Assembly (NCBI RefSeq): GCF_006345805.1 | Contig: NC_042999.1 | Coordinates: 137,020,001-137,084,000, forward strand | DNA from: Octopus sinensis | Lineage: Eukaryota | Length of the DNA stretch: 64,000 bases | Reading direction: 5' to 3' | Shown here: positions 1 through 12,133 of the stretch, one piece after another | Layout: every line of letters begins with the position of its first letter | Position numbering within the stretch: the stretch's first letter is position 1 | Program-made: the position numbers and the translations under genes | The notes under the pieces: generated by a model | The model's input: only the letters and a program-made list of their open reading frames with translations | What the model was told of the DNA's origin: nothing | Database searches by the model: none

Positions 1-74
1 ATATATATATATATATATATATACACATACATATATATATATATACACATACATACACACACAGATATATATAT

Positions 75-111
<37 letters not shown>

Positions 112-365
112 CATATTCATACATACATATATATATATACACACATACATATTCATACATACATACACACACATACATACACACACACATATATACATAC
201 ACACATATATACATACACACACACATATACACATACACACACACATATATACATACATATATATATATATACACATACATATTCATACATACATATATAT
301 ATATACACACACACATTCATACATACATATATATATATACACACACACATACGTACATATATATA
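1..365. repeat. Compound (AT)/(AC) microsatellite
   Basis: Visible low-complexity tract. Similar tracts at 25640-25945, 42850-43010, 59106-59150 and 60899-60955. Confidence 0.95.
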
Positions 366-422
366 TAGGGAGATGTACTGGCATAGCAAGTGACCTGATC
401 TGAGATTGTGCGCTGGAACGAA

Positions 423-715
423 AACAATTGCAGCGTGGAAGGTGTTTATAAGCCATTTAAGAAACACACAAAAACTGTTAGATTCACTTCAACATTTAAA
501 TTTAATTTGTCAAAATATTTCCGTCGCTTTGAGACCGCGACCTGTTCACTGACAAAACTCCATGCTGAGATGCAGCAGAGTTTTGTCAGTGAACAGGTCG
601 CAGTCTCAAAGCGACAAAAATATTTTGACAAGTTAAATTTAAATGTTGAAGTGAATCTAACAGTTTTTGTGTGTTTCTTAAATGGCTTATAAACACCTTC
701 CAAGCTGCAATTGTT
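423..715. repeat. Foldback element: 138-bp near-perfect inverted arms with a 17-nt loop
   Basis: 423-560 pairs with 578-715. The 5' flank 367-435 recurs at ~61172-61240, so this is an interspersed family. Confidence 0.9.
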
Positions 716-744
716 ATATATATATATATATATATATACATATA

Positions 745-890
745 CATGTTGCATGGTAGTGAGACATGGGTTCTAACTGCGGAGAGCATGCATAGGCTGG
801 AGAGGAATGAAGGTAGTATGCTTCATTGGATTTGCAATATCAGAGTGCATGACCGAGTACTGAGATATGCAGAGGTGCATGAAACTGAAT
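745..890 (+). mobile_element. RTE LINE C-terminal fragment
   Basis: MLHGSETW...RLERNEGSMLHWICN. Confidence 0.75.
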
Positions 891-1416
891 AGAGGGAAAG
901 AGAAGTTGATAGGTTAGTATCTAACTGGGGTAGTATTGTGTGGTTTTGGTTGAAGAGGAGAAATGAGTGAAGGTAAAGAATACCACTTGCGAGGATGAGG
1001 AGGCTATGAGGAAGATGGGGATGAGGTGGATTAGAGGAATTTGCAAAGGTAACAATGAGAAGGAATAGTTTAATAAGAAGCGTATTATTAGATGAGATGC
1101 ATAAGTTGTGGTACCTCAAGGTTAATTTTAATTCTACTTCTATCATAACACTGGTCAACTGATTGCAATGATAGAAGACACTTGTCCAGGACCACTTATT
1201 TTCAAAGCAAACTTCTTAACCACACAGCCATATGTACACCAATTCATCTACTAACTTCTCCCAGACTAATCAGTAGTGTTGAATTCCCCACTGCCATCTC
1301 AAGATCACTATTACAAAATAGTTGTTAGTGGTGCATTTAGAAACAGAAGAAGAATAATATCTTTTATTTTACAAATTACATGGAATATTTATAAAAGGAA
1401 ACTTGAAAGAACTGAC

Positions 1417-4400
1417 CTGCTGTACTGATAATAACATCATACAATGATAAAGGATCCTTAGCAGACCCTGGATGACCGCCATAGACACAAATTATCTTTA
1501 GGTTCCGTTCAATAATATTTTCAATATTTGTTGTATCAAATCTATAAAGACAAGAAACATTTTTTTTATGATTTGCAGTTATTTGTTAAGAAGTTTATGG
1601 AAGTATTAAATAGTAAAAATTGTATTGTTAATTTTTTTAATTCAATCAAATACATTTGCATTCTTATAATTTAAAAAACCTAAAAACTTTCATTAATAAC
1701 AAAATGTTAATTCAAAAAATAACACCATCAAAACTAGCTGCAACCACGTAGTACTATAACTACTACTGTTACTAATATTACTACCACCACTACAGTTGCC
1801 ACCTCCATAACTGTCACTATTACCACTACAGTTGCTACCTCCATGACTGTCACTATAAACACTACTACTACCACTCTCACACTTCACTTGTTACCTTTAC
1901 TACTTCCATCACATCCAAATATATTTCAGCATGTTCCCAATACAACATATTTATTTATTCAGCTGTAACAGTTTAAATTATTAAATGCTATTGTAATAAC
2001 CTTGCATAACAATACCAGGACTGCCAAAGAATACCAAGTGGCACACCACTTCCTGCTCACAGTGGGTGCTAGAAGTATTGTTGACAACCACCTGTTAGGA
2101 AGCTTAGGTCAGACTTGATCCAGCTGATGATGTATATTCAGAGATGTTCCAGCTATAAGCACCCAATATTTTATTCAGGTATTTAATTTATTTTACTTGT
2201 TTCACTCACTTGACTGCAGCCATGCTAGGGCACCACCTTGAAGGGTTTTAGTTGAACAAAACAACCCTAGGACTGTTTTTTTAAGCCTAGTACTTATTCT
2301 ACCAGTCTGTCAAATCTCTAAGTTACAACATCAACACCAACACTAATTGTCAAGCAGTGATGGGGGAATAAATACACACACACACACACAGCAGGCTTCT
2401 TCGAGCTTCTGTATACCAAATCCAAGGTTTTGCTCAGCCTGAGGCTATAATAAATGAACTTGCCCAAGGTGCCACACAATGGAACTGAACCCAGAACCAT
2501 GTGGTTAGGAAGCAAACTTCTTACTACACAGCTATGCTATGATTACATTATCCAATGTGCCCTTATCTTTTAAGATGACAAAGTATAAATATGATGGAGA
2601 TTCTGCTCTTATTTCTAGCAAGCCAGGCAGCAACATAATGGTTGGCTCAATGAGGACCACCAGAGAATGATGAACATGGTAGATGTGCTGTTGTTTCAGA
2701 TGTGTAACAGGTGTTGTACCCTCTGTTGGACACACAACAGAATTTGCAAAATAGAAACGCAAGCTATGGGTTGATGTTAGGAGTGAAGTTGTGTGAAGCT
2801 GTTAAATAATTAACAATGATTGTGAAATTAAAGTACTGGACTCCAAATCAAATAGCTATGTTAGTGTTAACATATTTAATGCAGGAAGAAGGAATAACTG
2901 TGTTGAAAAACTATACTAGTCTACAAACTAATGTTATTTTCATTCTTCCAGGCAAATATGGAAGACAACTCTGGATGTGTTTTAGTATTATTCTGACCTA
3001 ATCAGCAAATCATAATGTTCATCATAAATGTCAAAGCAGTAAAAACAATAATCACAAGTTAACTGTACAATACTGTACATTTGTTGGTACAGGAAAACAG
3101 AAATTGAATATCTCAGATGCCAAATCCAATAATCGAAATATAAAACCTTTCTATAACAGCTGTTAATATTAACTCTAGTAGGGCGGCAAGCTGACAGAAT
3201 TAGTAGCACACCAGGCAAAATGTTTAGTGGCATTTCATTCATCCTTATGTCCTGACTTCAAATTCTGCTAAGGTGAACTTTGCCTTACATCCTTTCAGGG
3301 TTTATTAAATAAGTACCAGTTGAGCAGTGGGGTCGATGTGATAGACTTAACTCCTACCTCATGAAATTACTGACCTTGCACCAAATTTTCTACCGAATAT
3401 TATCAGGTCATTAAGAATGAAATGTGTGATTTGGAACTGAAAGTTTATTTTACTTTATCTCAACAAAAAGCAATGCAGTTAATCAAAGTATGCATCTAAA
3501 TTATCAACACAATTTTGCTATTTTATCACTAGCTTATTTCTGCTGACAGTGAAGAATTCTGGAGAGCAAAAGGTGATGAAATCACAAAAGGCTGTTTTTG
3601 CATCATCAGATTTGAAGTTTTTTCCTTGCAAAAAGTTCTCTAATGCAGTGATTCCCAACATGGTCTCCAGAGAATTCGTAGCCATAAAAAAATTGAAGCC
3701 ATTTCAGATCTACACAATATTGTTTGATAATGAATGAAGACAGAATAATAATAAGAAAACAATATTCGATAATTATTCCATAAGAATCAATAATGTATAA
3801 TATATAATCAATAATATATTACAATCAAGAATTACATAACTTACATTTTACAATCACAACAGTTACATAATAAATCTGATATTTTTAATAGATCACTAGA
3901 CAATATTGTTTAATAATAAATTTGATACTTTTAATTTATAGAAATAGAGTATTATTTTTATTTGTAATAATGTCTGAAACAACTGCTAAAAAGGCAAAAC
4001 TACAAAGATTTTATCATGTTTGGTTTTGTATCTGTAGACTCAAAACCTATGTGTCTTGAATGTGATGCCATCATGACAAATCATTCCTTGAAGAAAGTTA
4101 AGCTAGAACAGCACCAGAAATTAAGACTTCCCTCATCTGTTGGTAAAGGTAGGGAATATTTTGAGAATAAAAAGAAAATACAGCCAATCAAACTACCCAA
4201 CTGAAAAAGCAAAGACACTCAAACCAAGTTATTTTGTCTCTGAAATTATTGGTAAGGTTGCAGTACCTCAGATTTATGGTGAGAAACTTGTCAAGCCTGC
4301 TATGATAGCTTGTGCAAATGAGGTTCTGGGAAAAGATGCTGCATCTACTCTGAGTACAATTCCACTTTCAAATAACACAATTACAAGAAGACAGGATGAA

Positions 4401-7400
4401 ATGTCTAATTTTGTTGAGAAGAAAATTGTAGAAATTCTCCAAAAGACAAATTTTTCTATCCCGGTTGATACTAGCACAATTCATAACCAAGCTATCCTTT
4501 TGGTCTATGTCAGATTCATCCATGAAGATGATATAAGGGAAGAAATGTTATTCATTAAAAGTTTGTCTGAAACTACTAATGAAGAAAATATATTCAATGA
4601 AGTAATGCAGTATTTTAATATAAATATTTCATAGACAAATTTGATCAACAAGGCTGATTTTTAAGAGTAAAGTCACCAGACAGGAACTTCTCAAATCATC
4701 GACATACAGTGTGTTCATTCGCCACATCTTCATCAAACATTTCCTTGGTTTTGAGCTGTCTGGGATGCATTGGTTCCATAACGTAGCTCAACACAAATTT
4801 TTGGATTCACAAAAATTGATTTACAAGAGAAAACTCACAGACACCATGAATTACATTTTGAAAAGTGATGATGTAACTCTTCAATGTTGCAAAACAAAGA
4901 ATTGTCAGGATAAGACATTAGAGTTAACAACTGTCAAACTTGGTGCATAAGAAAATTGGACATTTTATTCTTAATGACCTGATAACTCTGATATTTCTTG
5001 TTTGCTTCACGGACACCAGTTCCATTTGTATTTCATGTTTAGGTGGTTAGCAGTAGGAAATACATCAACAAATAAAGAAAACAGTAATATATAAATATCC
5101 AAAGTATTTGCAGATAAATGGATACAAACAGTAATAAACAGTAACAAAAAGAAAAGACGAACCTGGAAAATTTCTGATCTTTCAACTCATTTTGAATATA
5201 ATGGAATTGCTGCAAAGCCAACAGTACTTTGTCAACAATGAACAACACAGGACGTCTAGGATTTCGTTTTAACATATGAGAAATTACCATAATACTTATT
5301 AGAGTTTTACCAGTTCCTGTAAAAGAGCAATATAACAACAATAAATCTTCTCAGTGTTTTCTAATTTTTTTTTTCTTTTCTAATTCTACAATCTTCATGA
5401 CAAAATTCTAATGTAAAATAGCTTTCCTTTTTAGTTTCCTAAGTCAATATTCTTTTTTTAAAAAAATATTCTAACATTGGTTAGTATATGCTTAAGAAAT
5501 ATTAGGAGTGGAAGTAAATTCAGTACCTGTCCGATTTTGCAACTACAGTGAATTAATTTGCTTTTCATTTGACAACAAGCAATGCCACTGTTTTCACACT
5601 TCCTCTTATCGATCTTTTCTTTTGCTTTGTTACATTCATATTAGACATTCACCAATAATAATGACAGAACTTCTGAGGTTGAGTGACCTGCTAGAAATAA
5701 AATCCAAATCTCCCTCCTCGACAAATGATGTAGCTCTAATCATTTCAATGCCTCTTGTATTTTTTTTTCCTTATTCATTACAAGATAAAATTAAATATAT
5801 TATTAAAATAACATTTTTCACGTGTATGAGAGAGAATCGTGATGTTGTAGGAGAGAAATGTGTCCACATGGATGATGGTTCATTTGCACTAAACGAGGCT
5901 GCAAAGAGAGAGGTTTGGAAACGCCACTATGAAAGGTTGCTCAATAAAGAAAATGAATGGGAGAAAGAGTCTGCTGAATGTCAACCCAACAGAGGGACGA
6001 GCTATCCAAATTGACAGTACCTTGGTAGATAAAGCAATTAGGAGTATGAAGACAGGGAAAGACCCCGGCCCATCAGGAATCACTGCAGAAATGTTCAAAA
6101 TATCTGGCAGTGTTGGCTATAGCCTAGTCACCCGTATAGTTAACCAGGTGATACACGAAGGAGTCATACCCAATGACTGGTGTAGCAGCACCATAGTCAA
6201 CGCTCTAGATACAAATAACTACAGAGGTATCAAGTTGTTGGATCAGGTAATGAAGGTCACAGAGAGGGTCATAGCCCAACTAATTAGGGAGAGAGATGTT
6301 AAACGATGATGATGATGTTGTAATTGTGTATTATCAATTTCTATATTTTTTTATATGTGTATTGGTGCGTATTTTGTGTTTGTGTGTTTTGGTTAGAGAT
6401 TATAAAAGTAAAAGGATTTTGTCTATTTAGTTGTTTCGACAGTTTTCCATACTGTATGGTCCTATATTTGCATTACAGAATATTTTTTTATTGTTTTCAC
6501 GTTTTTTTTTAATTTATTGTTTGTCTGCCTTACAATGCAACATCTTTTCACTGCAAACTGCTAAAGATGCAAAGCAGTATTCGTGAACTGAAGTCAAACA
6601 CTTCATGTCTTAATTTATCGTTACCTGAAGTCAATTTCAGAGTAGTCATGCACTACCATTTTTGAACATACCAATCATACTTCTTTCCAAAAGAATAGTT
6701 CCTTTTACTGTTGAATAAACTTGCAGAGGGGAAGTTTCAACATCTTCTTTCAATTTCATTACACCATTTATGTGGCTGTTTCTGACAAGAAATTTCACTT
6801 TCATGTAAAACAACTATATTTTGTTGTCATTATCTGTAATCTACTCCCAAAACACTTCAGTAGCTCTACTTTGCATCATAAAAATGCAACAACCTCAACA
6901 ATAGCCAGACTTCTATTTGGTTTTGTAATTCTTAGGTTAATCAGAAACATAGTTTGCTGTGCATTATCCTTCTCGGTAGTTCAAAGCAACTTAAACCGTC
7001 CAAAAGATGGGTGCATTTGCTAGTTTTATATAAATACCTTTCAAACGGCATACCTTTCTATTCACACTCAAAATATTGAGTGTTTATGGGGAAGCCTGAA
7101 AAAGTGTATTATTCGACCTGAAATGAGACCTAGCCAACCCAGCGACTTCATTAGTTTCTTTTGGAGGCTGGAAGACTATACTCCTGTTCCTGATGACATG
7201 GAAGAATGTATACCGGTTCTTGATGTCGTTCACCAATAACTCCTATAAGGTACGTTGGCGCATTTTTTACACTTTAAAACATTCTTCTTACTCCCAACTA
7301 AGCTTATACTGTAAAACGTTCAATACAGGTCTTCCTACACCCATTAGGCTTGTTAACTTGCTTACTGGTGGCTCAGAGAACTTGTAATAATTAACCGAAA

Positions 7401-10400
7401 GTTTTAACAAATATGGGTGATATCAGACTGTCGTGAATATGCTAAAAACAACAGCTAAATTAGCCTTAACTTTTTCTAAAGTAAAACCATATTCAACACC
7501 ATATTTATCTTTTAAAAAACCTTTTTCTATTACTCAAACAAGAAAAAAATGAATCTAAGGTTTTTTTTTGGCGGGGGGGGGGGGGGCTGGACGACAGTCA
7601 GCCACCCGCTCCCTCAAAAAAAAACCAATCTTTCGGAATTTTTTTTTGCTTTCTCAGTGGATTCCTAGGTTTTTAATGATGCAGATTCCGAATATGCAAA
7701 AAAGAAATCACGTTTTTAAAATTCTAAATCCCCACCCCCAATTTTTTTATTTTAAACTTTTTTCGAAATTTTTTTTTTTCAATCTCCGTAGAAAAGTACG
7801 GAGATTTACAATATGGCAAACAAAAAATTAATTAATTTCAAATTCTATATGAAAAAATCCAACTTTGATCCACTCGGTGTGGATCAAATTTGGACTATGT
7901 AGATCCCGAGAATGTAGAAAGTTGGGGAGAAAATAATTCGGGGTTACTTTTGAGGACCGTTCCCTACTCGAGGGAGTATCGGAACAAGTCATCCGTATTT
8001 ATTTCATTTTCTCCGTTTTGTGCGTTTGTGCATCCGTAGATTTCTACTGAAGTCACAGGCAATGAAAGACAATTTTCTACGAATGTGTTATATTATGTAG
8101 ATTCTGAATACACAAAACTTTTGGGGAAAAGTGTTTTAGGAGGGGGTAGTGTGTGGAATTTCGGAAAATTCACCGGCGTCCACTTCAACTCGTCTTAATA
8201 CTTTTCAGAGTACGTAAATTACGATTATATCGGAATTTGATTTGACAAGAAAACTAGAACACTCACATACATACTAATCACTAATTTCTTCGAAATTTCA
8301 AGTTTCATTTTGTAGATATACGTGACATGTTAGTATGTACGTGTACGAGCCCACCAAATTTATTTTTCATATTAAATTCTGATATAGTCGTTAAAGAATA
8401 CGCACACCACCCGTTTTCGATCTAACCCTAACCGCCGAAAACAGGTAGTGTGTTGGCGAGCTGGCAGAAACGTTAGCACGCCAGGTGAAATGCGTTGCCG
8501 TATTTCGTCTGCCGCTACGTTCTGAGTTCAAATTCCGCCGAGGTCGACTTTGCCTTTCATCCTTTTTATTTTTTACTACTACTATTATTATTATTATTAT
8601 TATGAATTTTTTGAAAACTTTACCATATCTGTATTCTACACACGAGAATTCATACGAAACTTAACAGATCCTTCAATGGATCGATTATACAAAAATAGGA
8701 AAGACTTCCTGGCATAACTACGGATTTCTGCGCACACACACCCACCGACTTTGGATGATCATAATTTTCAGAAAAATGGATATTTTTTTAATGAAATTTT
8801 CTACAAATTTGTTATGTCACGTAGATTCCGAATACACAAAACTTTTGTGGGAAAGTGTTTTAGGAGGGGGGGTGAGGAATTTCGGAAAAGTCACCGGCTT
8901 TCACTTCAATTCGTCTTAACTTCCAAGAAAATAGATATTTTTTAATGAAATTTTCTACAAATATACCTCTGAGTACGTAGATTCTGAGAACCTAGGAATT
9001 TGGTGGAAAAACAATTGGGGGTTACTTTCGAGGAGCGTTCCCCACTCGGGGGAGTTTCAGAACAAGTCGTCCATATTAGTTTCATTTTCTCCGTATTGTG
9101 CGTTTGTGCATCCGTAGATTTCTACCGAAGCAGCTGGCAATGAAGCTTTCACCAGAAAACTAGTTATGCTAAAAATACTAGCTAAACAGAAAGACATTGA
9201 ATAGAATAATTCCGTTTGAACTGTTTGATTACATATATAATTGCGTGTGTGTGTGAGAGAGAGAGAGGGGGGGAGACTAGAAATCTACGGGTGCACAAAC
9301 GCACAAAAAGGAGAAAATGAAACTAATTTGGACTTGTTCCGTAACACCCCCGAGTTGAGAACGGTCCTCAAAAGTAACACCCAATTGTTTTCCCCCAAAA
9401 TTCCTATGTTCTCGGAATCTACATAGTCCCAGCTATATTTGTAGAAAATTTCATTAAAAAATATCTATTTTCTTGAAAGTTAAGACGAATTGAAGTGGAC
9501 GCCGGTAAATTTCCCGAAATTCCCCCACCCACCACTCCTAAAACACTTTCACCCAAAAGTTTTGTGTATTCGGAATCTACATGACATAACACATATTCGT
9601 AGGAAATTTCATTAAGAAATATCCATTTTTCTGAAAGTTATGATCATCCAAAGTCGGTGGGGGGAGGGGACAGGAATCTGTAGTTATGCCAAAAATAACA
9701 GCTACAGGTCTAATACAACTTATCTGTTGCATACGATCTTTAAAGGCGGAAAACACCAGAAGCAAAAATAAATAATATACATGCACAGTTAAATATAGAA
9801 GTGTAAGTTGTTATATAATCCCTATAGTAAATATATAATTCCTTGTTTGGACGTTTTTAATTACATGTGTGTGTGTGAGAGAGTTGTAGAAATCTATAGA
9901 TGCAAAAACACACAAAACGGAGAAAATGAAACTAATATGGACGACTTGTTCCGAAACACCCTCTAGTGGAGAACGGTCCTCAAAAATAACCCTCAGTTGC
10001 TCCCCCCCCATTCCAATGTTCTCGGAATCTACAAAGTCCAAGGTATATTTGTAGAGAATTTCGTTAAAAAATATCCATTTTCTTGAAAGTTAAGACGAAT
10101 TTAAGTGGACCCTGGTGAATTTTCCGAAATTCTCTACACCACCCCCTCTTAAAACACTTTCCCCCATAAGTTTTGTATATTCGAAATCTACATCATATAA
10201 CGTATATTCGGAGACAATTTCTTTTAAAATATATCCATTTTTCTGAAAGTTATGGTCATCCAAAGTCGGGGTGGGGGCAGAAATCGGTAAAGGTACCCAG
10301 AAATCTATAGTTATGCCGACTTCCTTTTGTATCCACCTATAATATATATTTTTTTAATATTAGACATGTTGGAAAATTGATTTCCTACTATGTCTTATAA

Positions 10401-12133
10401 TAATAATAATGATGAGAAAGTCATGAAAATTAGGAATTTCTATTTAAAAAAAAAAATTCATTTTTGTATCATGTATATTCATGTCCCAAGGTTAGGCAAA
10501 TTGGGACACGAATATACATAATACAGAAATCCTTACCAAATGTGCTAGTGAGTAACATCCCCATATAATACCGAAGCCATTACAAAACTGACAAGACCAC
10601 AAAAGGTATCTGTTAACGCGCAGACGACATCTCTATGTGTTATTTTTTTAAAATTTATGCTGGGGTACAAAAGGAAGTCTCCCCCCACCCCAAAAAAAAT
10701 CGGTGCGTGATTAAGGGTTATTTAGCTGTTATTTTTAACAGAGCTTACGACTCATATCCTCCTCATTTATCAGTTTGACATATTGAGGTTTTTCAAGATC
10801 TTTCTCCCCATAAATACATTTTTTTAAAATTCGTGTGAATTCCCGTGTGTAGAATATAAGTTCGTAAAAGTTTTCTGAAAATTCCAAAAAATAAATAAGT
10901 CATGAGGAGTTACAAGGCATACTTAAAACAGAATTCTGCCAAATTTCATTTTTTTAAAAATTACATATTCTCTGAAAGTTGAGTAAAAGCCATCTCGTGA
11001 ATTTTCCAACACCCCTCACCCCAACCCCAGAATTTTTTTTTAACGATATGATCAGAATCTACACCACCTGAACAAGGCCGGTTTGAGGTAATAGCAACTC
11101 GGGCGGTCGCCAGCAATTCCAGGGCCGGCCCTGCACCTAAAGCATAGTTGTAGAAAATTTCATTAAAAAGTATAAATTTTTCTGAAAGTTATGAGACAAC
11201 AAAGACGTGGGTGGGACACTTACTTTCGATTTAGTGAAAATTTAACTAGTCCTAGAATCGATGATTGCCCTAAAGAAACACTAAGTGAGAGAAAATTTTG
11301 TCTTGAATCTTATGGTTTTTCAAGTTTTTCTCTGTTTTTTTCGATTCTTATTACTTAAATCAAATGTTCGTGCTTTTTTAACCTTTGAAAATGAGCAAAT
11401 ATACAATATTTCTAGAACTATTTTTTTAAATATATTAAAAATGCAGAAAATATATCAAACCTGTGGGTAAAAATATAACGCTATCGTAACAATGAGATTT
11501 TTCGAACAATTCGGCTTGGTAACCTCTTGGAATTGAATCTGTCAAGCAATAAGCCTCATCGATAGGGTCTTCACAGTGGCGTACGATGGGGGGCAAATTA
11601 TAAAGTTTTGATGGTTGTTCGGAGACATTTTTGGAGTGTGCGCTACTTTGCAAATGAGAAGTTACAGCACTCGGACATTGAAGTTTTTTAGAACAAAGAA
11701 TACACTTATATCCTATTATCTCGCCGTTTTCATCTTCATAAACGCGTATAAATTCGTTATGATCTAAAGACGTGGGCTGTACTGAAACAATGTTCGGAAT
11801 GACTTCCGCCTGTCTAGTGTTCTCATCTTCTTCGCACGTCTGTGTCGTCTGCACGTTAACAGATACCGTTTGTGATCTTGCCGGTTCTGTAACGGCTTCG
11901 GTATTACATGGGGATACGTTACTCACTAGCACATTAGGTAAGGATGGGTATACCTGCTGTACATAACTTGCCGGTTCTACCTCCTGAATAGGTAGAGATG
12001 TGCAAAAACGTTCTCTATCAGAAAGTTTTTTTTTATGCTTCTTTCCCAATAAATGACTTTCTTTATGTTCTTTGGATGTATACTGGACGATACACAAATC
12101 GCACCTACCAAGGGTGGCCATTGTTGATGACAT
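1417..12133 (-). CDS. Dicer/RIG-I-like (SF2 DExD/H) helicase with two N-terminal matrin/U1-type C2H2 zinc fingers; 5' part only, continues beyond the left edge
   Basis: Exons 12133-11461, 5316-5163 and 1541-1417, all GT-AG and phase-compatible. Walker A is rebuilt across intron 1 (FLPT-G|GA-TGKTLISIMVI). Q-motif IPRGYQAEL, motif Ia VLFIVDKVLLALQQ and motif Ib YDVIISTAG are present. ZF1 CDLC-x12-H-x5-H and ZF2 CILC-x12-H-x5-H. ATG at 12133 or 12121. The DExH exon is not in the window. Confidence 0.88.
2192..2537 (-). mobile_element. Full-length tRNA-derived SINE
   Basis: Head, body and gcatggctgcagtcaagtgagtgaaacaag tail, homologous to 43020-43436. Confidence 0.75.
3403..4982 (-). mobile_element. 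Mariner-family element with intact TIRs and TA TSD; central part replaced by hAT sequence
   Basis: TA|tcaggtcattaagaatgaaatg ... cattttattcttaatgacctga|TA. Transposase remnants ENFLQGKNFKSDDAKTAFCDF (3540-3640) and an HTH-like FDEDVANEHTVCR..FEKFLSGDF (4660-4745). Confidence 0.8.
3970..4634 (+). pseudogene. hAT (Buster/ZBED5/SCAND3-like) transposase fragment
   Basis: BED-like CLECDAIM...KLEQH, then GEKLVKPA, IPLSNNTITRR and VRFI...EEMLF. Frameshift near 4200; truncated. Confidence 0.85.
5830..6312 (+). mobile_element. RTE-clade LINE RT fragment
   Basis: RENRDVVGEKCV...WKRHYERLLN and MKTGKDPGPSGITAEM...IPNDW...NYRGIKLL; frameshifted. Confidence 0.85.
7898..10320. repeat. Cluster of a ~380-bp repeat in mixed orientation (copies ~7898-8205 rearranged, 8740-9125 +, 9277-9660 -, 9885-10320 -)
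   Basis: Shared blocks gtagattc(c/t)gaatacacaaaactttt, cacttcaattcgtcttaac and ttcattttctccgttttgtgcgtttgtgcatccgtagatttctac. Weaker relics at 11150-11210 and 13130-13400. Confidence 0.85.
8455..8564 (+). mobile_element. tRNA-derived SINE head (ggcgagctggcagaaacgttagcacgcc family)
   Basis: B box gagttcaaattcc. Related copies at 3181-3400, 15822-16048 and 56190-56362. Confidence 0.75.

Noticed and set aside
153-467. ORFs rich in Y/I/C/V/M/H/T (also 25583-26172, 42824-43574, 60714-60995, 61364-61576)
   Set aside because: Translations of AT/AC microsatellites.
408-789. Mirror-image ORFs on both strands
   Set aside because: Artefact of the 423-715 foldback; no recognisable domain.
1693-1887. 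Ser/Gly-rich ORF
   Set aside because: Degenerate ACT/ACC trinucleotide repeat inside the helicase intron.
7898-10320. Repeated blocks resembling a CRISPR or satellite array
   Set aside because: Units are ~380 bp, in mixed orientation and without unique spacers; the context is eukaryotic.
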